Assembly: GCA_963796965.1 (NCBI GenBank)
Contig: CAWCNS010000005.1
Coordinates: forward strand, 256,001 to 320,000
Direction: 5' to 3'
Origin: Calditrichia bacterium
Lineage (GTDB): Bacteria > Calditrichota > Calditrichia > JAJRVZ01
Length of the DNA stretch: 64,000 nt
The position numbers were made by a program, and so were the translations under genes. Positions within the stretch are counted from its first letter, which is position 1. Every line of letters begins with the position of its first letter. The notes under the pieces are model-generated. The model worked only from the letters and a program-made list of their open reading frames with translations. It ran no database searches and was not told where the DNA came from. Of the stretch, positions 46,292 to 57,341 are shown piece by piece.

Positions 46292-46337
46292 ACTTTTCCC
46301 TCTAATATTTAATTTTTCTCATATCTCTTCAGTATTA

Positions 46338-47367
46338 TCAGTATTTCTCCAACTCATTATTCACCAGATTCAACATTATAGCCCGTTCACGCATGGGAAG
46401 AAAGGCGCTTTTAAATCCAGATACGATGAGGGTTTTAAGGTCGTTCATATTCAGATTGGCGTATTTTGCTGCTAATCCTAGCTCATTAGTAACGGTCGTG
46501 TCGGATATCAACCGGTTATCTGTATTTATTGTTGTTCTCAATCCGAAATCATAGTAAAACTTCAGAGGATGCTTTTCTAATGATGGTGTTGCTTTAGTCT
46601 GCACATTACTTGTAAGGCAAATTTCCATTGGAATCCGATGGTCGTTTACATAATTGAGAAGATCTCCGTCTTCAAGCAATCTGGTGCCATGTCCAATTCT
46701 ATGGGCACCGCAATAATGAATGGCCTGGTGAATGCTTTCCGGTCCATAGGCTTCACCTGCATGAGCAGTGGTATTAATGTTATTGTTCAAAATGCGATAA
46801 AATGCCTCGCGGTGGTGCTTGGCAGGGTAACTTTCTTCCATACCGGCCAAATCAAATCCAACAACACCACGGTGCTTATAAGCCACTGCAAGATCGGCAA
46901 GCATCATTGATGACTCTGGGGAAATATTTCGCATCCCACAAACGATCACTCCGGTTTTGATTTCGTGTTTTTTCTCTGCCTGACGTAATCCGGCAAGAAC
47001 GGCATCAATAATCGTGGTTAATTTTAAGCCTTTTTTTGTATGTAATATGGGGGAATAACGGATCTCCATATACCAGACATTCTCTTCAGCTGCATCTTCT
47101 GCTAACTCATAGGCAACCCTGTAAAGTGCCTCTTCCTCTTGTAGAACCGACAATACAATGTCAAATGGGAGAAGATATTCTTTAAGACTTTTGCATTTAA
47201 GCCCGGGTACGAGCAAGCTTTTTTAGTTCTGTTTCCGATTTTGCAGGTAAAGAAACATTTTGTTTATTCGCAAGGTCAAGGAGTGTTGAGATTCGTACTG
47301 ATCCATCGAGATGAACATGTAGATCAGTCTTTGGCATGGCTTTGATTATTTTTTTGTCAATTTCCAT
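46338..47367 (-). CDS. add: Adenosine deaminase; frameshift near 47220
   Basis: N-terminus [23 protein letters not shown] in the upstream frame; HAGE, RIGHG, NTDN. Confidence 0.9.
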
Positions 47368-47373
47368 AATCCA

Positions 47374-47946
47374 TCATCCATAAATATTTTGGTTATAAAA
47401 CGGAGCAAAAGCAAATTCGAGGGCATCCTCAAAAAAGTGCTGTCTATTAACAAGACCATCGGTAAATATTCCAACGGCACCCATCTTAGACCGGATATCT
47501 TCCTGACCAATGATCTTATCTATTACTTCGGCCAATTCCTGACCTTGATTAATAATTGGATCATAAATATTCTTGGGAACGGAGATAGCACCGGAAGAAC
47601 CCCAACAACCTTTTTGACCATCATAAACATAAACCCAACTTTGTAAAAAATATTCTGTTTGATTCCCTTGCTCAGGATTTAAAGAAAAGATCCCCCCTTC
47701 GAGACCAATGGTGAAAATAGATTTTATCTCTTTGCTATTTAGTTCATGGGCTAAGGATAATGCGCGATTCCGGGCACCGCACATCATTTCTATCTGATTG
47801 AGTGGCATATCCGGAACACCAGAGGGTGTTGTCTTGGTGATAAATTTAAAACCTGGAGGCAGGTTTAATTTATGCGCGATGCGCTCTAAAACTGCCTTGC
47901 AGGCAACAACTTTTGGTGGGTTCTTGGTACCGATACCAATGATCAT
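47374..47946 (-). CDS. yjjX: Non-canonical purine NTP phosphatase (ITPase/XTPase, YjjX/DUF84)
   Basis: GTKNPPKV, SGVPDMP, GARNRA, IGLEGG, GAVGIFT. Confidence 0.8.
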   Translation of the reverse strand: MIIGIGTKNPPKVVACKAVLERIAHKLNLPPGFKFITKTTPSGVPDMPLNQIEMMCGARNRALSLAHELNSKEIKSIFTIGLEGGIFSLNPEQGNQTEYFLQSWVYVYDGQKGCWGSSGAISVPKNIYDPIINQGQELAEVIDKIIGQEDIRSKMGAVGIFTDGLVNRQHFFEDALEFAFAPFYNQNIYG

Positions 47947-48797
47947 TCGTTCTCAGAATCAGGTGAATCCGCATCAATTGTCTGGAGTGAATCAAGGATC
48001 GATGGTTCTTCAGAGTCATCCGCAGGAAGTTCAATTTCAGGTGGAGGTTCCGAGATAGTTTCGGTCGTTTCAATTATCCCTTCAGGTGCTTCTTCTGATG
48101 TCTCTGTTGGTCCTGGGATCTCTGTACTGGTCAGGCCGGCTTCAGCACCTGCCGGAAGCGGGATTTCAGTAGTATTCGTGGGATCATTAAGTTTTGTCCT
48201 CGCCATGGTGCTGTAGGGAGAAGAAGGATAGGTAGAAATAACCTCCTGATAGGCCTTACTGGCTGTTTCAATATCTTTAATTTTGGCATAAGATAATGCC
48301 ATGCGATAAAGGGCCATGGCTTTTGTTGCATTATCTGAACTATTAGGATAAAATACAGCCTTCTTATAAAAATTGGCAGCATGTGAATAGTCCATTGAAT
48401 CGGTAGTGACTGTTCCCGGATTCCATTTGGCTGAATTTTCATAAAACGCGCCAATTTGAGCATATATAGAAGGCACCTTCTCTGGAATAATATTTTCTTT
48501 CAAAACCCTTAGAAGAAGATCAAATTGTTCTTCATATTCTTCTTTTCCGCCATAGGAGTTGGCAATTATTAATTGGGCGTCGATATGTAGATCAGATGTT
48601 GGAAAATGATCTAATAACAATTGGGCCAATTTCATAGATTCGTCATACTTACCCGCGTTATAGGCCTGTTTGCTTTTTAATAGCATCGACTCGGGTGTTT
48701 CATTTTCCATGACCAATTCTTCTTTACTGCCACCGCACCCTAAAAATGCAGAAAGAAGTAATAGGGTAATTAAGGTGTTAATTACTTTTATCATCAT
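47943..48797 (-). CDS. TPR lipoprotein (BamD/YbgF-like) with acidic Pro/Thr tail
   Basis: Lipobox FLGC; TPRs (FPTS, YPSS); low-complexity C-terminus. Confidence 0.7.
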   Translation of the reverse strand: MMIKVINTLITLLLLSAFLGCGGSKEELVMENETPESMLLKSKQAYNAGKYDESMKLAQLLLDHFPTSDLHIDAQLIIANSYGGKEEYEEQFDLLLRVLKENIIPEKVPSIYAQIGAFYENSAKWNPGTVTTDSMDYSHAANFYKKAVFYPNSSDNATKAMALYRMALSYAKIKDIETASKAYQEVISTYPSSPYSTMARTKLNDPTNTTEIPLPAGAEAGLTSTEIPGPTETSEEAPEGIIETTETISEPPPEIELPADDSEEPSILDSLQTIDADSPDSENE

Positions 48798-48815
48798 ACT
48801 CTCCTTTTGGAGGAC

Positions 48816-50117
48816 TTAGTTTTTAAATGATTGAATTTTAATATTGGCTTCACTTACAATGGTATCAATATTGTAATTAACCGGTTGACGATTACGCATT
48901 GCCCATTGGCCATCTATCATCAAATGGTCAATTCCCGATGAATTAGTAGAATATACGACTTTAGAGTATATATTTTCAAAGGGAATTGTATCAAATTGAT
49001 TTATTTTACAAAAAGCAAGATCTGCCTTCTTTTCTTCTTCGATGCTTCCGATTTGATCTCCAATACCAAGCGCCCTGGCACCCTCAATCGTTGCCATCCT
49101 GAATACGGTCTCAGAATCCATGCAGGTTGGACCATGAATTGGTTTTTGGATAAGAGCCGCCAGCCTCATTTCATTAAACATATTCAAATTATTATTGCAG
49201 GGGGCGCCATCAGCCCCGAGAGAGACAGAAATACCTCTTTTAAGATATTCCGGGACGGGGGCAATTCCCGACCCTAGTTTTAAATTAGCACTTGGGCAAT
49301 GTAAAACTTTAATTTGGTTATCCTCCAGAATATCCTTCTCAGATCTATCCAGCCAGATGCAATGGGCGAGACATACGTTTGGACCTAAAATACCCAATTT
49401 TTCGAAGGCGGAAATATTTCTCGTCCCAGTAGATTCAACCACCAAGCGAACCTCATCTGTATTTTCTGCTGCATGAGAATGGAATATAAGGTCCTCTTTT
49501 TGACAAACAGTAAAAACTTCTTTTAGTAAATCTTCGCTACATGAAAGGATAAATCTTGGAGCAAAAGCATATTTAATACGTCCATTGGCTTTGTTATGCC
49601 AGTTTTGCATTAGATTTAAACTCGTCTCAAGGGCATCGTCTGTGGATTCAAGAAGACTGTCTGGTGTCTCCCCATTATCCATCATTGTTTTACCACAATA
49701 GGCTCGTATACCACTTTTCTCTATTTCTTCAAATACAACATGCATATGGTGTACAGTGCCCATATCCATAATGGTACTGGTTCCACCAAGGAGAAGTTCA
49801 ACCAGACCCAGTTGGGCACTGGTACGTAAGGTGTCCTCGGTATGAGCGCCCTCAAGGGGCCATATCTTTTTCTTTAACCAATCAAGTAAGTTAAGATCGT
49901 CTGCCATATTCCGAAAAAGCGTCTGGCAGAGATGGATATGGGTTTGCACAAATCCTGGCATCACGATATAGTCTGATGCATCAAATATTTCTGCTTTTGC
50001 TTCATCGATACGATGAGCAATTTTTACAATTTTTGAATCCTCGATAAGCAGATCCCCTCTGAACACATCAGATTGTTCATTGACTGTGAGGATCAGGCCA
50101 TTTTTTATTACTAGCAA
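48816..50117 (-). CDS. Amidohydrolase, 5'-deoxyadenosine/MTA-SAH deaminase-like
   Basis: PGFVQTHIHLCQ, HSHAAEN, AHCIW, HCPSANLKLGSG, GADG. Confidence 0.85.
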   Translation of the reverse strand: MLVIKNGLILTVNEQSDVFRGDLLIEDSKIVKIAHRIDEAKAEIFDASDYIVMPGFVQTHIHLCQTLFRNMADDLNLLDWLKKKIWPLEGAHTEDTLRTSAQLGLVELLLGGTSTIMDMGTVHHMHVVFEEIEKSGIRAYCGKTMMDNGETPDSLLESTDDALETSLNLMQNWHNKANGRIKYAFAPRFILSCSEDLLKEVFTVCQKEDLIFHSHAAENTDEVRLVVESTGTRNISAFEKLGILGPNVCLAHCIWLDRSEKDILEDNQIKVLHCPSANLKLGSGIAPVPEYLKRGISVSLGADGAPCNNNLNMFNEMRLAALIQKPIHGPTCMDSETVFRMATIEGARALGIGDQIGSIEEEKKADLAFCKINQFDTIPFENIYSKVVYSTNSSGIDHLMIDGQWAMRNRQPVNYNIDTIVSEANIKIQSFKN

Positions 50118-50539
50118 ATCTGCGGGACTTCCCTGAAATTTATATCAGATATAAATATAATATTTCTAAGTAGTTGTAGAAAGAATATTCGGCAAAAATA
50201 GTTATAAATGTGAATTATTTTTGATATTTCTTACCAAATTACAAAGATGTCGATAAAAAACAAATATTTTGTTGTTATCGATATCTGCTTTCAGAATAGG
50301 GGGGAATGTTTTTGGGGATTCTTTAATCAGATGTTTTTTATAGATAGTGTCATATGATCCCAAAGTCTCTTTATTTTAGACATGATCACCCCTTCGGGAT
50401 TATCCTGTCAAAAATTCTTTTTCTGATATCATTTTCCTTATTTATAGTTTGTATCATATGATACTCAAATATGCTTTTTCTCAAATTCTGCCCAGTTATT
50501 TCCTATATCAATCGAATACACTCTCCCCAAGTTCTATTG

Positions 50540-50641
50540 AATAGCACGCGGATAAACAGGATTGAGCTGATGATCGCGGATTTTTAATTAATTTTATGTA
50601 TCCGCGCAAATCCGTTTGATCAGCGAAATCAGCGTTCTATT
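50540..50641. repeat. Inverted pair of 9-bp-periodic repeats (CGCGGAT.../ATCCGCG...)
   Basis: aatagcacgcggataaacaggattgagctgatgatcgcggat versus atccgcgcaaatccgtttgatcagcgaaatcagcgttctatt. Confidence 0.6.
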
Positions 50642-50674
50642 ATTTTTTCTATGGTTTTATAGTATCATACGATA

Positions 50675-53089
50675 CTATTTCAAAAGCACCATTTTCTTGA
50701 TTTGTGTATACGCATTCGTTTTAATTCTGTAATAGTACACGCCACTCGACAAGTTGTTAGCATTGAATGAAATCTTATGATTACCGGCTGCTTTGTATTC
50801 GGAAACCAATGTGATGACTTCCTGGCCATTCACATTGAATATGCTTAATATGACATGCGCGGGTGAGGGTAGCTGATAACTAATAACTGTTTCCGGGTTA
50901 AAGGGGTTTGGATAGTTCTGACTAAGATTATAGGTTTTTGGAATTTTAGTCGAAAGACCAGGAAGATTTGATATACCCTTATTTATCAGAGATATGTCAG
51001 CAGCATGAGAAATCACCTTGTCTTCATTCCACCTGAATTTTTCTATTGAGACGACGGTAGAATCACTATCTAAATCTTCCGCTACGTCAAATTTAAGCGT
51101 ACAAAATTCATCTTCAGCTTCATTGTATGGTTCTGTGATTGCGCCACAAAATTTTATCAATCCTTCTAAAGAATTTACTTCAACAAGCAGTCCATCTAAA
51201 TTCTCAGACCATACGATCTCGTTGAATACAAGATCCTTGGCATTAAAATGGATTTCTCCTTCAAATGAAAGAATATTTTTTCCACTCACTATATAAACGG
51301 GGAGGGACAACATTTCTCCCAGATATATATCTTGGTTAATGGTGAGAATCGTCCCTGAGACAACAGGAACGCCAACAGAGGAATCGTAGGGTAAGGAATC
51401 GATCAGCCCAACGCCGAATTGAAGAATATAAGTGGCATCTAATGCAGATAAGGTCTTGTCCAGACTGACATCAGCATTGGCAATCTGAAAGGTATCTAAA
51501 TTTGCCTTACCCACTACCTCTTTTAGAACCAGTGACGCATCGTATGCCCCGATCCTGCCGTTGAGATCAACATCTCCATAAAGGTTTGGAAATATGATTA
51601 TTTTCCCTGAAGCTTTTTTGATTAATGAAGTGCCTGTGTTGAATATTGCCGATTCAATCGTGAGAGGAACCGGATTTGATGAACTTTCCGGGATCTCAAA
51701 TTTCAACCAGAAAAGTATGCCTGTACCATAGATATCTTTAGAACCGGCAAGCCATACCTTTAATTTACTCTCCACCTCATTGCTTTCTAAAAGCCACCCG
51801 GCATCGCCGCTTAATGAGGAATCAGTAACTAATTCCAGGAGATTTAGTTGCCCAACATAGCCCCCGATCTCAATCTCAGCTGAACTGACTGAGTCATTCT
51901 CTGCAAACTGAATATTTAGCGGTACGCATATGGTGTCACCCTCAAAGACATGGTGATTGTAAAAGAAAAGGGTAGTAATTTTTGTTATGTCCGGGACTTG
52001 TTCATACCATTTGATCATATCACCTTCCCACTGGGAGGTGATGATGTCCTGATTACCATCACCATTGATATCTTCCACATAAACCTGCGTAACACGTTCA
52101 GCTTGTGTTGTAACTACATGTTCAATAAAGTAGCCTTCGCCCATATTTTCAAAGAGGAGAATCCTGTTGTCACTTCCGCCCACAGCGATAATATCATTAT
52201 CTCCATCCCAGTCCATATCCGTGGCATAGACAGAGATGGCATCACCCAAAGAGTCAGTCAGGGAATGGAATGTGAATTTTTCATCACCATCATTTTCGTA
52301 CCAGGAAACTGTTTTATCATATAAAGAGGTTGTGAGCACATCAATATCACTATCACTATCCAAGTCAATTGCAAAAACGGATCTTGCCCCATCTGCAATA
52401 GATGTGATTACATGTTCACTAAAATTTTGCTCGCCATCATTCTCAAACCAGGCAATTTTATCATCGAGCCATGAGGCGGATAATACATCAATGTCAGAAT
52501 CACCATCTAAATCGATTGCATATACAATATGTACACCATCAGTATTGGTTGTTATGGTATGCGTGGTAAAATTTTCCTCACCATCATTTTCATACCAGGC
52601 AACTCGATCATCCTGATCAGAGGCAGAAAGAACATCAATGTCAGAATCACCATCAACATCGATGGCAAAGACACCATAAGCCCCATTTGCGGTTGTTGAA
52701 ATAATATGGGGAACAAAATCTTGAAACCCATCATTTTCATACCAGGCAATTTTGTCGTCTATTGCTGAAGCGGATAGTACATCCATGTCTCCGTCACCAT
52801 CAATATCTATAGCATATACCGAAGTGGTAGCATTTACATCGGTACTAATAATATGGTTGTCAAAGATATTATTGCCCAGGTTTTCACACCAGATTATTTC
52901 ATCATTATTAAAGGAACAGGTTATAACATCGATATCCTGGTCATTATCAATATCAACGGCATAAACACCATAAGCGCTATAATCAGATCCTGATATACTG
53001 TGATCTTTAAATTCCCACTGTGCACTTAAATTTGAAAAAAGAATAATGGTTAATAGCAGAAGACAAGAATTAAAACTTTTTAAGTTCAT
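50675..53089 (-). CDS. Secreted FG-GAP repeat protein with cohesin-dockerin-cohesin modules and T9SS type-A-like CTD
   Basis: About 7 DxDxDGDxDV..WYEN repeats; GDVDLNG..AYDA / ADVSLD..ALDA dockerin pair; LSQNYPNPFNP...SGVYYY...KKMVLLK. Confidence 0.8.
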   Translation of the reverse strand: MNLKSFNSCLLLLTIILFSNLSAQWEFKDHSISGSDYSAYGVYAVDIDNDQDIDVITCSFNNDEIIWCENLGNNIFDNHIISTDVNATTSVYAIDIDGDGDMDVLSASAIDDKIAWYENDGFQDFVPHIISTTANGAYGVFAIDVDGDSDIDVLSASDQDDRVAWYENDGEENFTTHTITTNTDGVHIVYAIDLDGDSDIDVLSASWLDDKIAWFENDGEQNFSEHVITSIADGARSVFAIDLDSDSDIDVLTTSLYDKTVSWYENDGDEKFTFHSLTDSLGDAISVYATDMDWDGDNDIIAVGGSDNRILLFENMGEGYFIEHVVTTQAERVTQVYVEDINGDGNQDIITSQWEGDMIKWYEQVPDITKITTLFFYNHHVFEGDTICVPLNIQFAENDSVSSAEIEIGGYVGQLNLLELVTDSSLSGDAGWLLESNEVESKLKVWLAGSKDIYGTGILFWLKFEIPESSSNPVPLTIESAIFNTGTSLIKKASGKIIIFPNLYGDVDLNGRIGAYDASLVLKEVVGKANLDTFQIANADVSLDKTLSALDATYILQFGVGLIDSLPYDSSVGVPVVSGTILTINQDIYLGEMLSLPVYIVSGKNILSFEGEIHFNAKDLVFNEIVWSENLDGLLVEVNSLEGLIKFCGAITEPYNEAEDEFCTLKFDVAEDLDSDSTVVSIEKFRWNEDKVISHAADISLINKGISNLPGLSTKIPKTYNLSQNYPNPFNPETVISYQLPSPAHVILSIFNVNGQEVITLVSEYKAAGNHKISFNANNLSSGVYYYRIKTNAYTQIKKMVLLK

Positions 53090-53422
53090 GATCAGATCCT
53101 ATTTTTGATCACAATTTATGGAGACTCTCATTGTTATTGACTAACTCTATTACCAAGGATTTAACTCTTATTTAAATATAATATCTTCACAAAAAAAACC
53201 ATGTGATGAATGGCACAAGGCAATTGGGTTAATATTAATAATTAATACGGTTAATAAATAATCGTTTTCTGATTTGATATCTTGAATTTATTTATAGTGG
53301 CGATTGCTTTGGCCGATCCCTTGATTTATAGGCATGGTGAAGGCAATTATCACTGGTACTTAGTTAGGAAGAGGAGGGCGAAATATATCGCCATGAAATG
53401 TGATCAGATGTGGCTACTAGCC

Positions 53423-53451
53423 TTGACATAAAATTCACAATTAGTTAAATT
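53423..53451 (+). promoter_or_regulatory. Sigma70-like gap promoter overlapping a possible Rex operator
   Basis: TTGACA-17-TAAATT; 18-mer TTGACATAAAATTCACAA has a perfect Rex right half (TTCACAA). Confidence 0.4.
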
Positions 53452-53505
53452 ATAAGTTTATTGATAAAACCTATAAATATATATATTGGAGAAAAGGAGC
53501 GTGTC

Positions 53506-54507
53506 ATGAGTATTCGTGTAGCCATAAATGGATTTGGAAGAATCGGAAGGTTGGTTTTTAAAAGAGCACAACAAGATGATGAAATTGACTTTGTCGCTAT
53601 TAATGATTTAACAGATGCCAATACCCTGGCCCATTTGTTGAAATATGATTCTGTTCATGGAAGGTATCCAGCAAAAGTATCAGTTGAAGGTGATAGTCTG
53701 ATTGCAGGGAATGACAAGGTTAAGGTTCTTGCCGAACGGGATCCTTCAAAATTGCCCTGGGGTGATCTTGGGGTTGATTATGTGATTGAATCAACGGGTG
53801 TTTTTAGAGCGAGAAAACAATTAGAAAATCATCTGAACCAAGGTGCAAAAAAAGTTGTATTAACCGTGCCGGCAAAAGATGAAATTGATAATACGATTGT
53901 ACTCGGCGTTAATGATGAAGAATTAAAAGCCAGCGATAGGATCGTTTCTAATGCCTCATGTACAACCAACTGTCTGGCACCCGTTGCCAAGGTTTTGCAT
54001 GATAATTTTGGGATACTCAGGGGTCTGATGACGACGATTCATGGCTATACAAATGATCAGGTTTTGCTTGATCTGCCTCATAGTGACCTCCGTCGTGGCC
54101 GTGCCGCTGCCGTAAGCATGATTCCTACGACCACCGGTGCTGCCCGTGCGGTTGGAAAAGTTATTCCTGCCCTTAATGGGAAATTAGATGGCGGTGCCAT
54201 GCGTGTACCTGTAAGTGATGGCTCTCTTGTGGATTTGGTAGCAGTTGTCGAGAAGAATACAACTGCTGATGAAATAAATGCAGCAATGAAAAAAGCGGCT
54301 GATGGCCCAATGAAAGGCATTCTTGAGTATTGTGAAGATCCTATTGTGTCAGTTGACGTTATCGGTAATCCACATTCAAGTGTATTTGATAGTCTTTCCA
54401 CGACTGTCAAGGATGAAAATTTTGTTAAGATATTTTCATGGTATGATAATGAATGGGGTTATTCATGTCGTACGGTTGATTTGGTGAAAATGATGGCAAA
54501 GATGTAA
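53506..54507 (+). CDS. gap: Glyceraldehyde-3-phosphate dehydrogenase
   Basis: INGFGRIGR, SNASCTTNCLAP, WYDNEWGY. Confidence 0.98.
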   Translation: MSIRVAINGFGRIGRLVFKRAQQDDEIDFVAINDLTDANTLAHLLKYDSVHGRYPAKVSVEGDSLIAGNDKVKVLAERDPSKLPWGDLGVDYVIESTGVFRARKQLENHLNQGAKKVVLTVPAKDEIDNTIVLGVNDEELKASDRIVSNASCTTNCLAPVAKVLHDNFGILRGLMTTIHGYTNDQVLLDLPHSDLRRGRAAAVSMIPTTTGAARAVGKVIPALNGKLDGGAMRVPVSDGSLVDLVAVVEKNTTADEINAAMKKAADGPMKGILEYCEDPIVSVDVIGNPHSSVFDSLSTTVKDENFVKIFSWYDNEWGYSCRTVDLVKMMAKM

Positions 54508-54525
54508 TTTAAAAACAGATGACTT

Positions 54526-54561
54526 AAAGGGGGACTGTTATTCGGCGGTCCCCCTTTTTTT
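54526..54561 (+). terminator. GC-rich hairpin / terminator between gap and pgk
   Basis: aaagggggactgtt-attc-ggcggtccccc followed by T-run. Confidence 0.65.
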
Positions 54562-54572
54562 AGGAGGAAAAG

Positions 54573-55769
54573 ATGGCAAAAAAAACAATTGAGGATGTAA
54601 GACTGGCGCAGAAAAAAGTGTTAATGCGCTGTGATTTTAATGTTCCTCTTGATGCAGATCAAAATATTACCGATGACCGGAGGATTACCGCTTCGCTGCC
54701 ATCAATAAAAAAAGTACTCGCCGAGAATGGCGCCTTGATTCTCTGTTCACATTTGGGGCGACCCAAGGGACAGGTGAAGCCCGAGATGAGTCTGAAACCT
54801 GTGGCTAAAAGACTTAGTGACTTGTTGGGTTTGAATGTGGTTCTTAGCAATGATGCGATAGGTGAAGAAACGGCCGGAATGAAGGAATCTCTGAAGCCTG
54901 GCCAGGTTTTACTGCTGGAAAATTTACGGTTTCATAAAGAAGAAACTGAAAATGATGCTGACTTTGCCAAAGAATTGGCACAAGGCTGTGATATTTACGT
55001 GAATGATGCCTTCGGCACCGCCCACCGTGCCCATGCTTCTACGGAGGGCGTAACCCATTATATAGATGATTGTGTTGCCGGCTATCTGATCGAGAAAGAG
55101 ATCAAATACCTCGATGGGGCCATTAATAATCCTACACGTCCCCTGATAGCTATACTTGGGGGTGCCAAAATATCCGGGAAAATTGATGTTATTAAGAATC
55201 TTTTTGATAAAGTTGATGCTCTGATTATTGGTGGTGGTATGGTCTATACATTCTACAAGGCCAAAGGTTGGGAAATTGGAACCTCTCTTTTAGAAGAGGA
55301 TAAAATTGAGTTGGCCGGAGAATTGTTGGCCGAGGCTGAAAAGAAAAATGTGGCATTACATCTGCCGGTCGATAATGTTATTGCCGATGCATTTGATAAT
55401 GATGCGAAGAGAGAAACTGTGGCCGCCGGCAAAATTCCTGAAAATTGGATGGGCCTGGATATTGGACCTGAAACGATTAAGAATTTTTCAGCAGAGGTAG
55501 AAAAGGCTAAGACAGTGGTCTGGAATGGACCAATGGGTGCCTTTGAAATGCCCAATTTTGCTAATGGTACCCGTAAAATTGCCGAAGCATTGGCTGAGAG
55601 CACAAAAAATGGCGCTGTATCGATAGTTGGGGGCGGGGATTCAGCCGCAGCAATTTCTATTTTTGGTCTGGATGATCAAATATCGCATATTTCTACCGGT
55701 GGCGGTGCTTCTCTGGAATTTCTGGAAGGTAAAAAATTGCCAGGTATTGAGGCCTTGAGCGATAAATAG
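54573..55769 (+). CDS. pgk: Phosphoglycerate kinase
   Basis: [33 protein letters not shown]. Confidence 0.98.
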   Translation: MAKKTIEDVRLAQKKVLMRCDFNVPLDADQNITDDRRITASLPSIKKVLAENGALILCSHLGRPKGQVKPEMSLKPVAKRLSDLLGLNVVLSNDAIGEETAGMKESLKPGQVLLLENLRFHKEETENDADFAKELAQGCDIYVNDAFGTAHRAHASTEGVTHYIDDCVAGYLIEKEIKYLDGAINNPTRPLIAILGGAKISGKIDVIKNLFDKVDALIIGGGMVYTFYKAKGWEIGTSLLEEDKIELAGELLAEAEKKNVALHLPVDNVIADAFDNDAKRETVAAGKIPENWMGLDIGPETIKNFSAEVEKAKTVVWNGPMGAFEMPNFANGTRKIAEALAESTKNGAVSIVGGGDSAAAISIFGLDDQISHISTGGGASLEFLEGKKLPGIEALSDK

Positions 55770-55790
55770 TGATTAAGTATTTGTGTATAT

Positions 55791-55959
55791 CTCTCGCAGC
55801 GACGCAACGACGCAGAGAAAACTACTTTATGATTTATTTGATTCACGAGAATTTTACTTATAATTTTAATGTTTTTTGGATATTAAGTCATCTCAAGCAC
55901 TCTATATAGATCAAGTAATCTAGTAAATAAATTCGCTGCGACTCTGCGTCGCTGCGAAA
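55791..55959. repeat. Inverted pair of 3x octamer (CGCAGCGA-type) repeats enclosing ~110 bp
   Basis: ctctcgcagcgacgcaacgacgcagagaa (55791-55819) and ttcgctgcgactctgcgtcgctgcgaaa (55932-55959). Confidence 0.7.
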
Positions 55960-55982
55960 AAAAAATAAGAGGTGTAAATAAA

Positions 55983-56748
55983 ATGAGAAAAATATATTAT
56001 AGCCGGTAATTGGAAAATGTATAAAACCAACGCTGAGGCAGAACAATTAGTCACGGCCTTAAAAGGTAAAACATCGTCAATTGAAAAAGCCGGGATGATT
56101 GTTTGTCCTCCAGCCACAGCTCTGAGCGCAGTAGTTGCCGCTGTTGAAGGCAGTAAAATTGGCGTTGGTGCCCAAAATATGTATTGGGAAGATGAAGGTG
56201 CCTATACGGGTGAATTATCAAGTGAAATGATTAAATCGACAGGTGCAACTTATGTTATTATTGGTCATTCCGAAAGAAGACAATATTTTGGTGAGACGGA
56301 TCAAACGGTGAACAAAAAGTTAAAACAAGCATTAAAGACTAATCTTAATCCTATCGTTTGCATCGGTGAAAGTCTCGATCAGCGTGAAGGTGGGATAACA
56401 AAGGATGTCATTGGCGAACAACTTGATGGTGCATTAAAGGATATTTCAGCAGATCAGATGGCAAAAATCATTCTTGCTTATGAGCCTGTATGGGCCATAG
56501 GTACCGGTAAAACGGCAACACCTGACCAGGCCCAGGATGTACACGCCTTTATCAGATCTAAACTTCAAACGATGTATGACGCAGCGACCAGCTCCTCAGT
56601 CGTAATCCAGTATGGTGGAAGTGTTAAACCCAATAATGCTTATGAATTATTAAAGCAGGATGATATAGATGGGGCACTTGTTGGTGGTGCATGCTTAGAG
56701 GCCGATTCTTTTAGTGAAATTATTAAAGCTGCCGAGAGTTTATCTTAA
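55983..56748 (+). CDS. tpiA: Triosephosphate isomerase; extra A in a homopolymer near the start
   Basis: MRK/YIIAGNWKM, GHSERR, AYEPVWAIGTG, YGGSV, LVGGA. Confidence 0.96.
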
Positions 56749-56817
56749 TCTGTAAAAAATATTGATAACAGAATTTTTCCTGCTTAAATTTGCAGGCTTT
56801 AAAAATTGGAGTAATTA

Positions 56818-57159
56818 ATGTATACATTATTAATAATAATTTTTGTGTTGGTATGTTTTTCGATGGTTCTTGTTATTCTTCTTCAGGCTGGTAAAGGCCA
56901 GGGTCTTGCTGGAACATTTGGCGGGCCTGGTGCCGGTGCTGTCTTTGGAGGAAGAGGAGCCGCGACATTTTTAAGCAAAGCGACAGGCATCCTGGCAACA
57001 CTTTATCTTTTCCTTTGTCTCTTGATTGGATATGTTTATAAATCACAGAACGAGGTTCAAAGAGATAGTTTGATTCAGCAGGAAACAGAGCAGGCATTGC
57101 CAGCCTCTACGGTTCCCCTGGCACCGGTAGGCGATTTTCCTTCTGATTCTACACGGTAA
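56818..57159 (+). CDS. secG: Preprotein translocase SecG
   Basis: ILLQ.GKG.GLAG.FGG...VFG.RGA..FL.KAT. Confidence 0.95.
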   Translation: MYTLLIIIFVLVCFSMVLVILLQAGKGQGLAGTFGGPGAGAVFGGRGAATFLSKATGILATLYLFLCLLIGYVYKSQNEVQRDSLIQQETEQALPASTVPLAPVGDFPSDSTR

Positions 57160-57162
57160 AAT

Positions 57163-57247
57163 GCTGGAGTGGTGGAATCTGGTAGACACGCTATCTTGAG
57201 GGGGTAGTGCCTTACGGGGCGTGGGGGTTCAAGTCCCCCCTCCAGCA
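57163..57247 (+). tRNA. tRNA-Leu(GAG), CCA not encoded
   Basis: GCTGGAG/CTCCAGC acceptor stem, ctatc-tt-GAG-gg-ggtag anticodon arm, long variable arm, GTTCAAG T-loop; follows secG. Confidence 0.96.
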
Positions 57248-57258
57248 CTAATAAAAAC

Positions 57259-57290
57259 AAGGACTTACGGCAAATGTAAGTCCTTTTTTT
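57259..57290 (+). terminator. Terminator after the tRNA
   Basis: aaggacttac-ggcaaat-gtaagtcctt followed by T-run. Confidence 0.7.
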
Positions 57291-57313
57291 ATGCCTAAAA
57301 ACCTACCGTATTT

Positions 57314-57341
57314 TGTGTCCTTTGTGTCCTGAAATGTGTCC
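57314..57341 (+). repeat. Three direct TGTGTCC repeats, probable integrase arm-type sites
   Basis: Copies at 57314, 57323 and 57335, between the tRNA and the integrase. Confidence 0.5.

Noticed and set aside
52200..52990. Periodic DNA repeats resembling a CRISPR or tandem array
   Set aside because: They are coding FG-GAP repeats; no identical repeats with unique spacers and no cas genes in the window
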